Positions 39,811-50,867 of a DNA stretch of 64,000 nucleotides are shown piece after piece. The notes under the pieces are model-generated. The model saw only the letters and a program-made list of their open reading frames with translations, had not been told where the DNA came from and made no database searches. Position 1 is the first letter of the stretch; the number at the start of each line of letters is the position of its first letter. Both the position numbers and the translations under genes were made by a program. Source of the DNA: Octopus sinensis (taxonomy: Eukaryota); assembly GCF_006345805.1 (NCBI RefSeq), contig NC_042997.1, forward strand, positions 141,174,001 through 141,238,000, read 5' to 3'.

Positions 39811-41054
39811 TAATGTTATCACCAGTCCGAATACGCTAGATGCACGTTCGAACAGGGGAATAAGCTGCTCACTAAGTTTGTCGTAGAGAATATATCTTGC
39901 TTGTTGACAAATGGCGTGTATACACCTAGATCAGCTCGCAGCGCTATCTACAGAGACTGTGAGATGTTAGCATTTAGGAGTAGTTATCTTCTCATCGGCC
40001 ACAGACACTAAGCAGACGACACTACGAGCTGAATTAAAAGATTATTTCTCTTATGCTTTTTCAGTCACTGTACGACGACTGGCAGCGTTATTCGGCGACT
40101 CACCGTAAATAATTTTACGGAGGGGTCGAACGTGATTCAAGCATATTCGGACTCATAATAACATCGCGATTTTACTTATCACTACTTAATGCTCCTCGTC
40201 CGTAATTTATTTACGGTGAGCCGCCGTATAGCGCTGCCAGTCATCATAGGGTGATTGGAAAAGCAAAAGAGAGATAATCTCTTCATTCAGCTCGTAGTGT
40301 CGTCTGTTTAGTGTCTGACCGATGAGACAGTAACTACTCCGAAATGCTAGCTCTCCCAGTCTAGGTAGATGGCGCTGCGAGCTGATCCAGATGTATACAC
40401 ACTATTTGTTATCAAGGGAAATATAATCTTCGTGACAAAGACGGCGAGCTGGCAGAAACGTTAGCACGCTGGGCGAAATGCGTAGCCGTATTTCGACTGC
40501 CGTTACGTTCTGAATTCAAATTCCGCCGAGGTCGACTTTGCCTTTCATCCTTTCGGGGTCGATAAATTAAGTACCAGTTACTCACTGGGGTCAATATAAT
40601 CGACTAAATCCGTCTGTCTGTCCGTTTGTCTCCTCTGTGTTTAGCCCCTTGTGGGTAGTAAAGAAATAAGTATTTCGTCTGCCTTTACGTTCTGAGTTCA
40701 AATTCCGCCGAGGTCGACTTTGCCTTTCATCCTTTCGAGGTCGATTAAATAAGTACCAGTTACGCACTGGGGCCGATATAATCTACTTAATCCGTTTGTC
40801 TGCCGTTACGTTCTGAGTTCAAATTCCGCCGAGATCGACTTTGCCTTTCATCCTTTTGGGGTCGATAATTTAAGTACCAGATTCACACTGGTGTCGATGT
40901 AATCGACTTAATCCCTTTGTCTGTCCTTGATTGTCCCCTCTATGTTTAGCCCTTTGTGGGTAGTAAAGAAATATATATTCTTCGTGACAAAACGCAATGA
41001 GTAGCTTGCTCCCCAGTTCGAACATGCATCAAGCATGTTCTAACTGATAATAAA
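39811..41054. mobile_element. Foldback/MITE-like element with ~300-bp inverted arms, right arm interrupted by a SINE trimer
   Basis: The left arm 39811-40115 pairs with 40195-40439 plus 40979-41054 (for example gatcagctcgcagcgctatcta with tagatggcgctgcgagctgatc). Spacer is ~80 bp. Confidence 0.85.
40440..40972 (+). mobile_element. Tandem trimer of family B SINE flanked by a target-site duplication
   Basis: One full unit plus two head-truncated units. TSD tcttcgtgacaaa at 40427-40439 and 40979-40991 (19 bp with one mismatch). Confidence 0.9.
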
Positions 41055-41119
41055 ATTGCAAATTTATTTATCACTGCTTAGCACTTCCCCTCCGTAATTA
41101 TTATTATTGTCAATAGACA

Positions 41120-41350
41120 GACATGGCTGTGTGGTTAAAAAGCTCGCTGTGCAACCAGATTATTTTGAATTCTGTCCCACTGTGCGGCACCACCACTTCA
41201 CAAACGGTGCTGGTTTGTTTACGTCCCTGTAACTTACCCGTTCGGCAAAAAAAGGCTAGACTTAAAAAGTAGCTCTTGAGGTCGATTTCTTCGGCTAAAT
41301 GCTTCAAGACAGTCCCCCAGTATGCGTGCAGTGGAATGACTGATAAAAGA
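41120..41350 (+). mobile_element. SINE family A (internally deleted)
   Basis: Head atggctgtgtggttaaaaagctcgc..; body tttacgtccctgtaactta..gaggtcgatttcttcggctaa. Confidence 0.7.
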
Positions 41351-42184
41351 TAAAAGGAGACACATAGTCTCTAATTTAAGCATTATTTTCGGCGTCGTTT
41401 ATGTGGTAGAAAGACCTGATTAGTGTCTAGTTTGGGGGGATGACCGTATCTATGCTGTTTGATAGACTTGATTCTTTCCCTTTACGTTAGCCGCTCTAGC
41501 ATTTGGAATAGAAGCCTTATTATTTTACGAAACCATTTCTCCTCGATATCACTAACTGTCCTTTTCTCTCATGACTTCTCTTATAATCTCTTCTCTGATG
41601 TTTTATCATTCTCGCTGTGCTACATGATTCAATTTTCCTTTTGATTTGTTGAAAAATTCGATTTCATTTTACGTCGTATTTTTTTCTTCTCTTCATATTT
41701 TACTTCTAAATTGTTTCAACTTTTATTCTTTTCACGGTCGATTCTCTACAATTATTGCTTTATTATTACTTCAATTATCAAGGTGGTAAACTGGTACAAT
41801 CAATAACACATCGGACAAAAAAACGAAAAGAACTGCATAGCGGCATTTTTCTGCTTTTACGACCCGGGTTCAAATTCAGCCGAGATTGAATTTAGCCTTT
41901 CATCCTTTCGGCGCGAATGTAATAATTACCACTTAAGTACTGGTATCAATGTAGTCGACTGGCTTCTTTAAAATTTCATGCCTGATTCCTAAAGCAGAAG
42001 GGATTATTGTTTGCTTGTATCTAATTACCTGCGAAGATTTCCTTTATCTTCTCGAAACAAAATTTTGCTCGATTCCTTTGCACGATTTAACTTTCACTCG
42101 TTCAATTAATAACTCTTGTGTGAGTTTAAAACGCCATGTTAGTATTGAACTTTAAGTTCTGTATATGAATTTGTTTGTACTCTT

Positions 42185-42500
42185 TTTCTTTTCCTTGTTT
42201 CAGCCATTAGACTGCGGCCATGTTGTGACACCTCTTTGAAGAATTTTAGACGAACAAATCGACTCCAAGGCTTACTTTTTTTTTGTAAGCCTGTTGCTTA
42301 TTCTATCGGTCTCTTGTTGAACAGCTAAGTTACGGGGGACGTAAACACACCGACACCTGGGACAAATACAGCCACATAGAAACATACACACATATAAGAC
42401 GGGCTTTTTCGTGTTTTCGTCTACAAAACCCACTCGCAAGACATTGGTCGGCCCGAAGATACAGTAGAATACCCTCCCACCAAGTGCCACACAATGGCAC
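42185..42500 (-). mobile_element. SINE family A
   Basis: Tail, body and head-proximal modules in reverse orientation. Confidence 0.8.
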
Positions 42501-42520
42501 CTTAATAGTATGTATTTATA

Positions 42521-42896
42521 TACTAGCAGTATCGCCCGGCGTTGCTCAGGTTTGTAAGGAAATAACTATAAAGCATTTTAGAGAGTTATAGCCAAAAAAT
42601 AGCAAAAAAATGGAAAAAAATGATGGTAAATTTTTTTTGAGAGTTAAAAAGGATGGAGTTGCATCCCCTAGACTTTGTGGTTCGTGTTTCTGATTCTCGA
42701 CCCATGTCGAATTTATCGATTTTTTTCAGAACTGGGGGAACTTTTCAAAATTTTGGCTGCGTTAGTTTTGAATTATGACTTTTGGCTATGTGTGTGTCAA
42801 GTTCATCAGAATCGGTTGGAAGCGTGGTCAGGGTGAGGGTCAAGCAAACAGACAAACAAAACACGCACAACAACTGCCGTTTATATATAGAGAGAT
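42521..42896 (+). mobile_element. Non-autonomous Helitron/Helentron-type (DINE-1/HINE-like) element
   Basis: Starts tACTAGCagtatcgCCCGGCgttgctc and ends acagacaaaca..ttatatatagagagat, the terminal pattern of this class. No ORF. Confidence 0.6.
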
Positions 42897-42939
42897 ATGT
42901 GATATATGTTATACATACATACATACTATATATGTATGG

Positions 42940-43230
42940 ATATCACGTGACCGCCAGACCATCAATGTTGTTACACTCGCTGGTCACATGCGTTTTGTTT
43001 TAGCCTTCGAATGACGCCACCCGCTCGCTAGTAAGCTGAGCAGAGGACAACAGAAGAAGAGTGGAGAAAGAGTGGTGAAAGAGTACAGCAGGGATCCCCC
43101 CCCTGCCGGATCGTCGTGGAGCTTTTAGGTGTTTTCGCTCAATAAACACTCACAACGCCGGTCTGGGAATCGAAACCGCGATCCTACGACCGCGAGTCCG
43201 CTGCCCTTGCTGGGCCATTGCGCCTCCACA
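42940..43230 (-). mobile_element. tRNA-derived SINE, family C
   Basis: Homologous to 13335-13630. Confidence 0.85.
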
Positions 43231-43238
43231 TGTATGTA

Positions 43239-43280
<42 letters not shown>

Positions 43281-43390
43281 GTATATATATGTATATAGTT
43301 AATCCAAACATGAAAGAGAAAACTCAACAACGCGAGGACGTGGAACAAATATAGTATTATTGGACGCTCAGAAAGGAAGGAAGAACGAGG

Positions 43391-43425
43391 ATTTAACGTT
43401 TCGAGCGGAGCTCTTCGTCAGAAAC
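43391..43425 (-). ncRNA. Minimal type I hammerhead motif (family B)
   Basis: Minus strand GTTT-CTGACGA-a-GAGC tcc GCTC-GAAAC-GTT-AAAT, inside a ~200-bp repeat (43300-43500). Confidence 0.65.
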
Positions 43426-43491
43426 ATAGGTAAAGGAAAGATCCAGAGAAGGGAAGACGGAGGAAAAAAATCGCCAAATAGTACACATATT

Positions 43492-43546
<55 letters not shown>

Positions 43547-43715
43547 CGGGCTGCCCAAATCGGAGCAATCTCAAGATTAATCAGCCGAAATTGCTAAGAT
43601 GATCTGGTTCTTGACTGATGACTGAGGGCTTCGAATGTCCCGTCCTGTGGTTCTTGTGTCGTCTCTGTGGTGTTTCATGTTCTTGTCCATGTCTGTAATT
43701 ATTTTTACTGTTTAG

Positions 43716-43754
<39 letters not shown>

Positions 43755-43799
43755 CATACACAGGTGCAGGAGTGGCTGTGTGGTAAGAAGCTTGCTTCC

Positions 43800-45785
43800 G
43801 TTTGAACTGAGAGGACGCCTCGGTCTGAGCTCCGTCCTAAAAAGAAAAAAAACAGCACCTGTTAAAAGTCGTCAAGATGGCATGCAGCTGGCGAAAGTTG
43901 AACTGAAAGACGCTGTAAGGTAAGACTTTTTGCTTTTTGAGTCCGGTAGGATTTGTTGCCTGTTGGTTTTAATTTTTGAACAGGCAGGGAGTTCTTACTG
44001 AATTCGAAGCTTTTTGTCTGCCTTGCGGCGGAGACGTGTGTGTTGTCTCACATAATTATGAGAAATTGTATTTGAAAATATTTGTGCCCATGCGGATTAA
44101 AATAATTGGCCAGGAGTACCTTTCGGCCGAAAATTTATTTCTTTGCCTGGATTTGAACTCTCTTTTCACAGCTATCATTTATTTAAAAAAAAAAGCTTAT
44201 TTGAACTGTTACTTTTATTTTTTCTTCCCTTCTGTTGTGTCTTCTTTCTTTTTTGTGTATCTTTCTTTATTTGAAAACGTATTGACGAACTATATTTGAA
44301 CTTTTTATTTAAAAACAATGGCAAAGGAAATATTAGTGTGGGAATTAACACCTCCCAAATCATGGCTAAAAGAGCTCGAAAGGAAGATGGTGGTGTTGAG
44401 GACTTATTCAAAATTGTTCGATACCATAACCATCTTCCCGAAAGCCACAATTTTGAAAGAGCTGGCAGAATACATGCCAGCTATTAAATTTATTTCACGG
44501 GGAGTCAAATTTGCAACGGTCTGGTTGCTATTTGACTCCCCCAAAGAAGCTTGCGATTTTGCAAGCCGGCCCCTCGAGGGGAAGGAAATAATGTTTCTTC
44601 CAAGCTACTGTGGAAAGAAATTATTAAAAGCTTGGATCTGTGGTTTGCCACCCGGAGTTGAGCTCGAGTGGATAGAGGACTCTATTCGCCGGGGTCTGGG
44701 TGGTAGCAGTACCAAGCTGCTCAACGTAAAAATTTTGCCTGCGGCTTATTGGGAGGGGTCAAAAGCTGTGTTTACCCTATGGACCCAAACAGCCGAAAGT
44801 CTGGTCTTCCCAGATTTTTTGAGGATGGCCGGATCTAGGTATCCGGTGATTCTCGAGGGACGCCCCCCCTAAGTGTCACCTGTGCCTGGAGACCGGCCAC
44901 ATCAAGAAAAACAGGACCCTGGAGCAGTTAACAGAGGAACCACTCCCTGCTCCCTCAATGGAGGGAGAGAAGGAGGAGGATGTCGAGGAGGTTTCCACAT
45001 CCTTGAAAAGACGAAAGCGAAAGGTGGACAACAATGGTTGCCCACCGAAGAACCCGAGAGCTGCGGGAGAAAAGGAGGACCTACTGGACACAGCAAGGGA
45101 ACACCACCCTGCCGCAGTCCAAGGGAAAAAGAAAAGAAAAAAGAAAAACGGGACATTGCGGGCAGGTTGTGACACGCTGCCGGCGTGTTCCGATTCTCCT
45201 TTGGCGGGTGTGCTGCTGGAGGAGGAATTTTTGGTCCTCTTCCACAAGGGAGGAACCTTGCAAAATGAAATCCAAAAAATTGAAAGGAAGTGCCGGTGGG
45301 AGGGGCTTCTGTCCTACACGGAGGACCCTAAGTGGCCTTCGCAGGTGGCTGCGGAGGTCTTACGGGAGAACGACCTATGGAAGATAGCGAACTCCTTCCC
45401 GAAGGACTCCTTCATATTTATGTTGAAACCTTTAAGTTCGGAACGGACCAGGTGCTTCGATGAAGCGAGGAGCCTGGCCGGGCGGAAAAATTGAAGAGGT
45501 GTATTACCTAAAAAGAGACTAAAACTGTAAAAAGTGAGAGGATAATTACCTCGTGTTTGTGTTTTATTTTTAATTTTGAACTGTGTAAGAGGTTTATTGC
45601 CTCATTGTGTTTTTAAAAAAAAAGTAAAAGAGAACAATGTTTTAGAGAAGCGAAAGTCGGCGGGCGCTTTTCCTCTTCTCCCATCCTTATCATCCATATA
45701 TCATCATCATTCATCCCATTAATGTCTCTGTCTAGCTCTCAAGCTTCTCTCTGTGTGCTGCCCTTGTGGAAAATTTAATGAAATA
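43800..45785 (+). mobile_element. ORF1-only L1/Tx1-like non-autonomous retroelement (1986 bp)
   Basis: 15-bp TSD aagaagcttgcttcc at 43785-43799 and 45786-45800; ~520-bp 5' UTR; one ORF1-like frame; ~290-bp 3' UTR ending in AATAAA; no RT or endonuclease sequence. Confidence 0.8.
44318..45494 (+). CDS. Retroelement ORF1/gag-like protein (~391 aa when one frameshift is repaired)
   Basis: ORF 44318-44872 ends LEGRPP*. Removing one base at the C7 run/T (44863-44870) joins it to KCHLCLETGHIKKNR (C-X2-C-X4-H-X4 knuckle, last Cys replaced by Arg), which stays open through the charged ORF 44958-45494. Confidence 0.75.
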
Positions 45786-45961
45786 AAGAAGCTTGCTTCC
45801 CAATCACATGCTTCCGAGTTCAGTCCGTCTGCGTAGCACCTTCAGCAAGTATTTTCTGCTATAGCGTTGGGTCGACCAAAGTCTTATGAGTGGATTTTGT
45901 AGACGGAAACTGAAAGAAGCTCGTCGTATATATAAATATATGTGTGTATATATATATATAT

Positions 45962-46032
<71 letters not shown>

Positions 46033-47201
46033 TATAGATATATATGTGTGGGGGGGTTGTATGTTTGTCCCCCACCATCGCTTGACAACCAGTGTTGGTG
46101 TGTTTACGTCCCCGTAACTTAGGCTTATAAGGAATAAGTTCTGGGTTTGATTTGTTCGACAAATGACTGAAACAAGTAAAAGAATAAACGAATATATATA
46201 TTGTTGTATTTCGGGATGGCCAAATACACACACGTACTATAGACACATACATACATACATACATACATACATACATACATACATACATACATACATACAT
46301 ACATACATACATAAGTGCATATATATTTTTGTTTCTTCACTCTTTTATTGCTATTATTTAATTATTTTAACGGTTGTCCACTGTTTGGAAATCTTTCGTC
46401 ACACATCTGTGACACCTTCAGCGACACTTTTCGTTTCCATGTGTGGTCTTGCTCCATTTACTCCATTCTGTTCTTCTAAGATGTGTATCCTTATGTGCGT
46501 ATGGGTTTGTGTCCTTGTATGTGTGTTTGTCTGTGTGAGTGTGTATGTGTATTGTGCGTGTGTGTGTTTGGGTGTGTGCGCGTGTGTGTATGTTTATGCG
46601 TGTGGCTTATTTTTAGCAGCACTGTGGCCTTCTCCTCAGTCCCAACCTCTCACCCCATTCTGCTGCTGCTGTCCTACGACCCGAGGAAAAAAGAGCTCCT
46701 GTATTACTGTGTGTATTTGTGTTCAACCAAGGTGTTGCCATCGTGATAATTGTTGTTGTTATTGCCCTCGATGGTACTGCCACTCCTGCTGACCGTGTCA
46801 GTTGTGTTGTTGACATCATATGGCCATCCATGAGGTTTCGTGTGTATGTGTGTTTCTATGTGTATATATATGTTCACTTCGTATGTATCCATACCTTTCA
46901 TATAGTTTTATTTATTTATACTATCTATCACTGTCTTACATTTATCACAGGTATCTGGGCAGATATATATATATTATATATATAATATATATATATAATA
47001 TATATATATATTCGCTTTATTTATCTATTTATCTATTTATCTATTTATTTATTTACTTATTTATATATCTATCTCTATTTCTCATAGTATCACAGGTAAG
47101 TACATATATGTATATTGTGTGTTGTAGCTTCTGTAATCAAATTGAGGTAGACACAAAATCTTCAATCAACAGCCTCACGATATTGTATACCGTGCGACGT
47201 C

Positions 47202-47239
<38 letters not shown>

Positions 47240-47251
<12 letters not shown>

Positions 47252-47789
47252 TAATAATAATGCAACACCAGGAGGCCTTGATGCAATAACACACATTGGC
47301 TCTCATGGCTTCTGATCTTAACTACTTGGAAGTGTTATCATGTACACATTTTATCTTAATTTAATAGACAGGCTGCATAAAATAATCTGCTCAATACCAC
47401 AGATTTGCTTATCAGTTGTTGGACCTTAACTAGTTGAACATGTCTCTCTGTGGCTGACGATATGTACACCTCTGATCACGAGCAGGAGTATTCGGAAAGC
47501 ATCATTGCCGTGTATTGAAGTGAATTCTTTGGGGTTTTAATAATTCACCTTCGATAACATGGGTGTTTCATTCATCATCCTTAAATAAATTTTATTCAGA
47601 TGCCTTTTGAGCAGGATCAGCTATTCGATCTGAAGAAAATTCTGACTGGGCCCAATCTGCAAAGTCATGTGTTGTTTATCTTGATATATGATCACCATAT
47701 CGCGCACTTATAGTTGTGATGCATGTACCTGGTGTACCCTATCAGACGGGTAGTCATGATGGGTATATTGGACTTCGTATATTTGTACA
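47240..47789. mobile_element. Unclassified ~530-bp element preceded by (AAT)n, truncated by the gap
   Basis: Reverse complement of 63003-63535. Confidence 0.85.
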
Positions 47790-47889
47790 NNNNNNNNNNN
47801 NNNNNNNNNNNNNNNNNNNNNNNNNNNNNNNNNNNNNNNNNNNNNNNNNNNNNNNNNNNNNNNNNNNNNNNNNNNNNNNNNNNNNNNNN
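47790..47889. other. Assembly gap (100 N)
   Basis: Run of exactly 100 N, usually a gap of unknown size. Confidence 0.99.
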
Positions 47890-48485
47890 ATATAGAGTTG
47901 AAAAATGAACACCGAGTTGACATGGACAAGGAAAATAAGACAAGGTGGAAAATGCTAAAATAATTTTATTATGAAGAACATTTTAGTACCAGTTTCAGTG
48001 CTTGCAACATTTTTAACTTAGAGTAAAGCATGAAAAACAATTAAATTGTGAAATAATTAAATGAAATGTTTTTAAAATATTTCCGTAGTTTTCAAATACA
48101 AGTGACATTTTCCTTTTATCTGTCTGCCTTTGTCTCTCTTTATTTTTTTTTTTACTCCTGTGAGGTTTTGGTAGCAGGTAGCAGATAGTAGCAGTCCTAA
48201 TATTTGATATGAGTTTTTGGTTTTGATTGCTTAAGCAGCAGTAGTAGCTGTGAAAGGAGGCGGCGAAGAAGAAGATGATGATGAAGAAGAAGAAGAAGAA
48301 GAAGAAGAAGAAGAAGAAGAAGAAGAAGAAGAAGAAGAAGAAGAAGAAGAAGAAGAAGACCTATAGAAATATTTTTAGAAACATTTAATTTAATTTTTCC
48401 ACAATTTAATTGTATTTCATGCTTTACTTTAAGTTGAAAAAGTCGCAAAAACTGAAACCGGTACTAAAATGGTCTTATGATATAG

Positions 48486-48529
<44 letters not shown>

Positions 48530-48730
48530 ATTCAAAATGTGACCGCATGTGTACCGTTGACGATTTTCCCCCTGTCTTCCCTTCATTGGATCTTTCCTTT
48601 TCCTGTGTTCTGACGAAGAGCTCGCTCGAAACTTTTATCCCGCCTTCCCTTCCTTCCTGAGCGTCCCAATAATACTATATCTGTTCCACGTCCTCGCGTT
48701 GTTGTGTTTTCATGTTTGGATTAACTTTAC
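48530..48730 (+). mobile_element. Family B hammerhead repeat
   Basis: ctgacga agagc tc gctc gaaac tttt at 48610-48636 (cleavage triplet mutated). Flanks match 12300-12510 and the reverse complement of 43300-43500. Confidence 0.75.
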
Positions 48731-48763
48731 ACACACACACACACACACTATATAGATATATAT

Positions 48764-48794
<31 letters not shown>

Positions 48795-48797
<3 letters not shown>

Positions 48798-49680
48798 ATA
48801 ACAAAGGGTTAAATTAATTAATTAAGAAGTAATCAATAATTTCACCAAGTAGAATTCAGTATGAAAAAAGGACAATTTCACGGTAAACTTAAGTAATACT
48901 TATTTATAAGGGTTCAGCAAAGATTTGCTTTACCACATACCGAAGTTTAGAAATAGCAGCCAAAAAATCTTAGCTATTTCTTCTACTTTAAAAAGGGACT
49001 CCTAGAGAAACCAAAATACTTGAAAATAATTCACACAGGCAGAGAGTAAAGCAACGAAAATCAATCAATATCTGGTCATCCATGGACGCGCTTTTTCGGA
49101 ATTAGGTTGGCATAAAGAATATAGAATTATACTTTACCAACCATTTTCCTCATCAGCATGGCATTCCTCAATAATTCGAAGGTACTGGAATAATTGAATA
49201 TATCTCTCCACCTAACGGTATCAGACAGATCATATCCAGTGTTAGTACCGCCGAATTCAAAATATGAATGAGGTTCGCTTAGCTTCCCCCGCCCATCCGC
49301 GTGTGCCTTCAAGTGAAATACTACAGAAAAAATCTGCAGTTTGTTCTCAGGGAGAAAATTCTATTATCAATAATAACAAAGGGTAAAATTACTTAATTAA
49401 GAAGTAATCAATAATTTCACCAAGTAGAATTCGGTATGAAAAAAGGATCATTTCACGGTAAACTTAAGTAATACTTATTAATAAGGGTTCAGCAAAGATT
49501 TGCTTTACCACATACTGAAGTTTAGAAATAGCAGCCAAAAAAAAATCTTAGCTATTTCTTCTTCTTTAAAAAGGGACTCCTAGAGAAACCAAAATACTTG
49601 AAAATAATTCACACAGGCAGAGAGTAAAGCAACGAAAATCAATCAATATCTGGTCATCCATGGACGCGCGTTTCGGAAGT
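48795..49680 (-). mobile_element. Hammerhead-bearing 578-nt unit in partial tandem; retrozyme/PLE pseudo-LTR-like
   Basis: 48795-49101 is repeated at 49371-49678, with (TA)n on both flanks. Predicted minus-strand cleavage sites at 49663/49662 and 49085/49084 are 578 nt apart. Confidence 0.85.
49080..49161 (-). ncRNA. Type I hammerhead ribozyme with extended stem II
   Basis: Minus: ccatg-CTGATGA-ggaa aat ggttgg taaag..cttta tg ccaacc taa ttcc-GAAA-aagcgcGTC-catgg. Stem III is damaged here but canonical (GAAAC gcgc GTC catgg) in the half copy at 49658-49678. Confidence 0.8.
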
Positions 49681-49967
49681 ATATATATATAAATAGTTTT
49701 AGAGACAGAACCACCCTCAACTCAATTCACATTGAAAGATATTATACCTGACCGAGCCATAAAATATTAAATATACTTACTATATCTATTCAGAATCCCA
49801 TACCTTCCATTTTAAAGACAACACGTGTTTCATAACAGTATGTCGGTATTGTTGAGATATAAGGTCTCTAGTTCAATACTCGATTAGATCGACGTACTTC
49901 CAATCTTCAAGTCTGGATTCAACACATTTATTACTCTATCTACATCTTATATAGGATGTGTGTGTAA

Positions 49968-50047
<80 letters not shown>

Positions 50048-50438
50048 GTGTGTGTTTGTGTGTGTGTGTGTATGTATGTGTGTGCGTTGTGTGTGTATAT
50101 GTGTGTCGTGTATCCGAGTCTTTCCTTTGTCATTTGTTTCAATGAATTAACGAGAAAACAGTTGATATTTTGACATATCTCTTTGTTGCGATACGTATAT
50201 ATGATTGGTCATAACTGCAACCAGGATAGGTGGTTGGGTAATTTAACGAAAAGGATTTTGTTTTTGATCTGCAGGGATACATACAGATATTATACGTTTG
50301 CTATCGTATGAATGTTTCATTTAGTTATTACTGCAGGATATTTATGGGATACATGCGTACAAGCATATATATCGACATGCATACGCATATGCATGTATAT
50401 GCGTGTAGGTTTTTCTGCATTTGTTAATTTCTACACGC

Positions 50439-50474
<36 letters not shown>

Positions 50475-50541
50475 ACATATATATATATATATATATAGAC
50501 AAAAACATATATCAGAAAGAAGCACACTCTAAAAAATAGAG

Positions 50542-50667
50542 CAGTAATTATTACAACAAAGTTTTGCATAGAGTTACCCAAGGTTTCACACCACAAAGCT
50601 TTAGCTTTAGCTTTGTGGTGTGAAACCTTGGGTAACTCTATGCAAGACTTTGTTGTAATAATTACTG
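50542..50667. repeat. 126-bp near-perfect hairpin (59-bp arms, one G.T mismatch, 8-nt loop)
   Basis: cagtaattattacaacaaagttttgcatagagttacccaaggtttcacaccacaaagct-ttagcttt-agctttgtggtgtgaaaccttgggtaactctatgcaagactttgttgtaataattactg. Confidence 0.95.
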
Positions 50668-50867
50668 TATTCATATAGCTTGTCAGACTATATGAATACA
50701 AAATTTTAAAATATCTACGTCGCAAACGGGAGGAAATGCTCAGAACTCGAAGAACACGAAAAAAACATTAATGAGGAAGGTTATTTTCCCTCAATCAGGG
50801 GCGGAGGAAACCCTTATAGACTAGGAGAGGCCTAACGAGCAAACGGGCAGATTCAATTTTCTAGTAA

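Larger units (their letters stand above)
43762..46190 (+). mobile_element. SINE family A interrupted in its tRNA head by a 2-kb insertion
   Basis: Head start ggtgcaggagtggctgtgtggtaagaagcttgcttcc (43763-43799) resumes at 45786 as aagaagcttgcttcccaatcacatgcttccgagttcagtcc.. and runs on to the tail at ~46190. Confidence 0.9.

Noticed and set aside
46440-46985. Overlapping ORFs on both strands with protein-like stretches
   Set aside because: Built on (TG)n, (CTG)n and (TTG)n repeats, with no consistent splice sites or homology.
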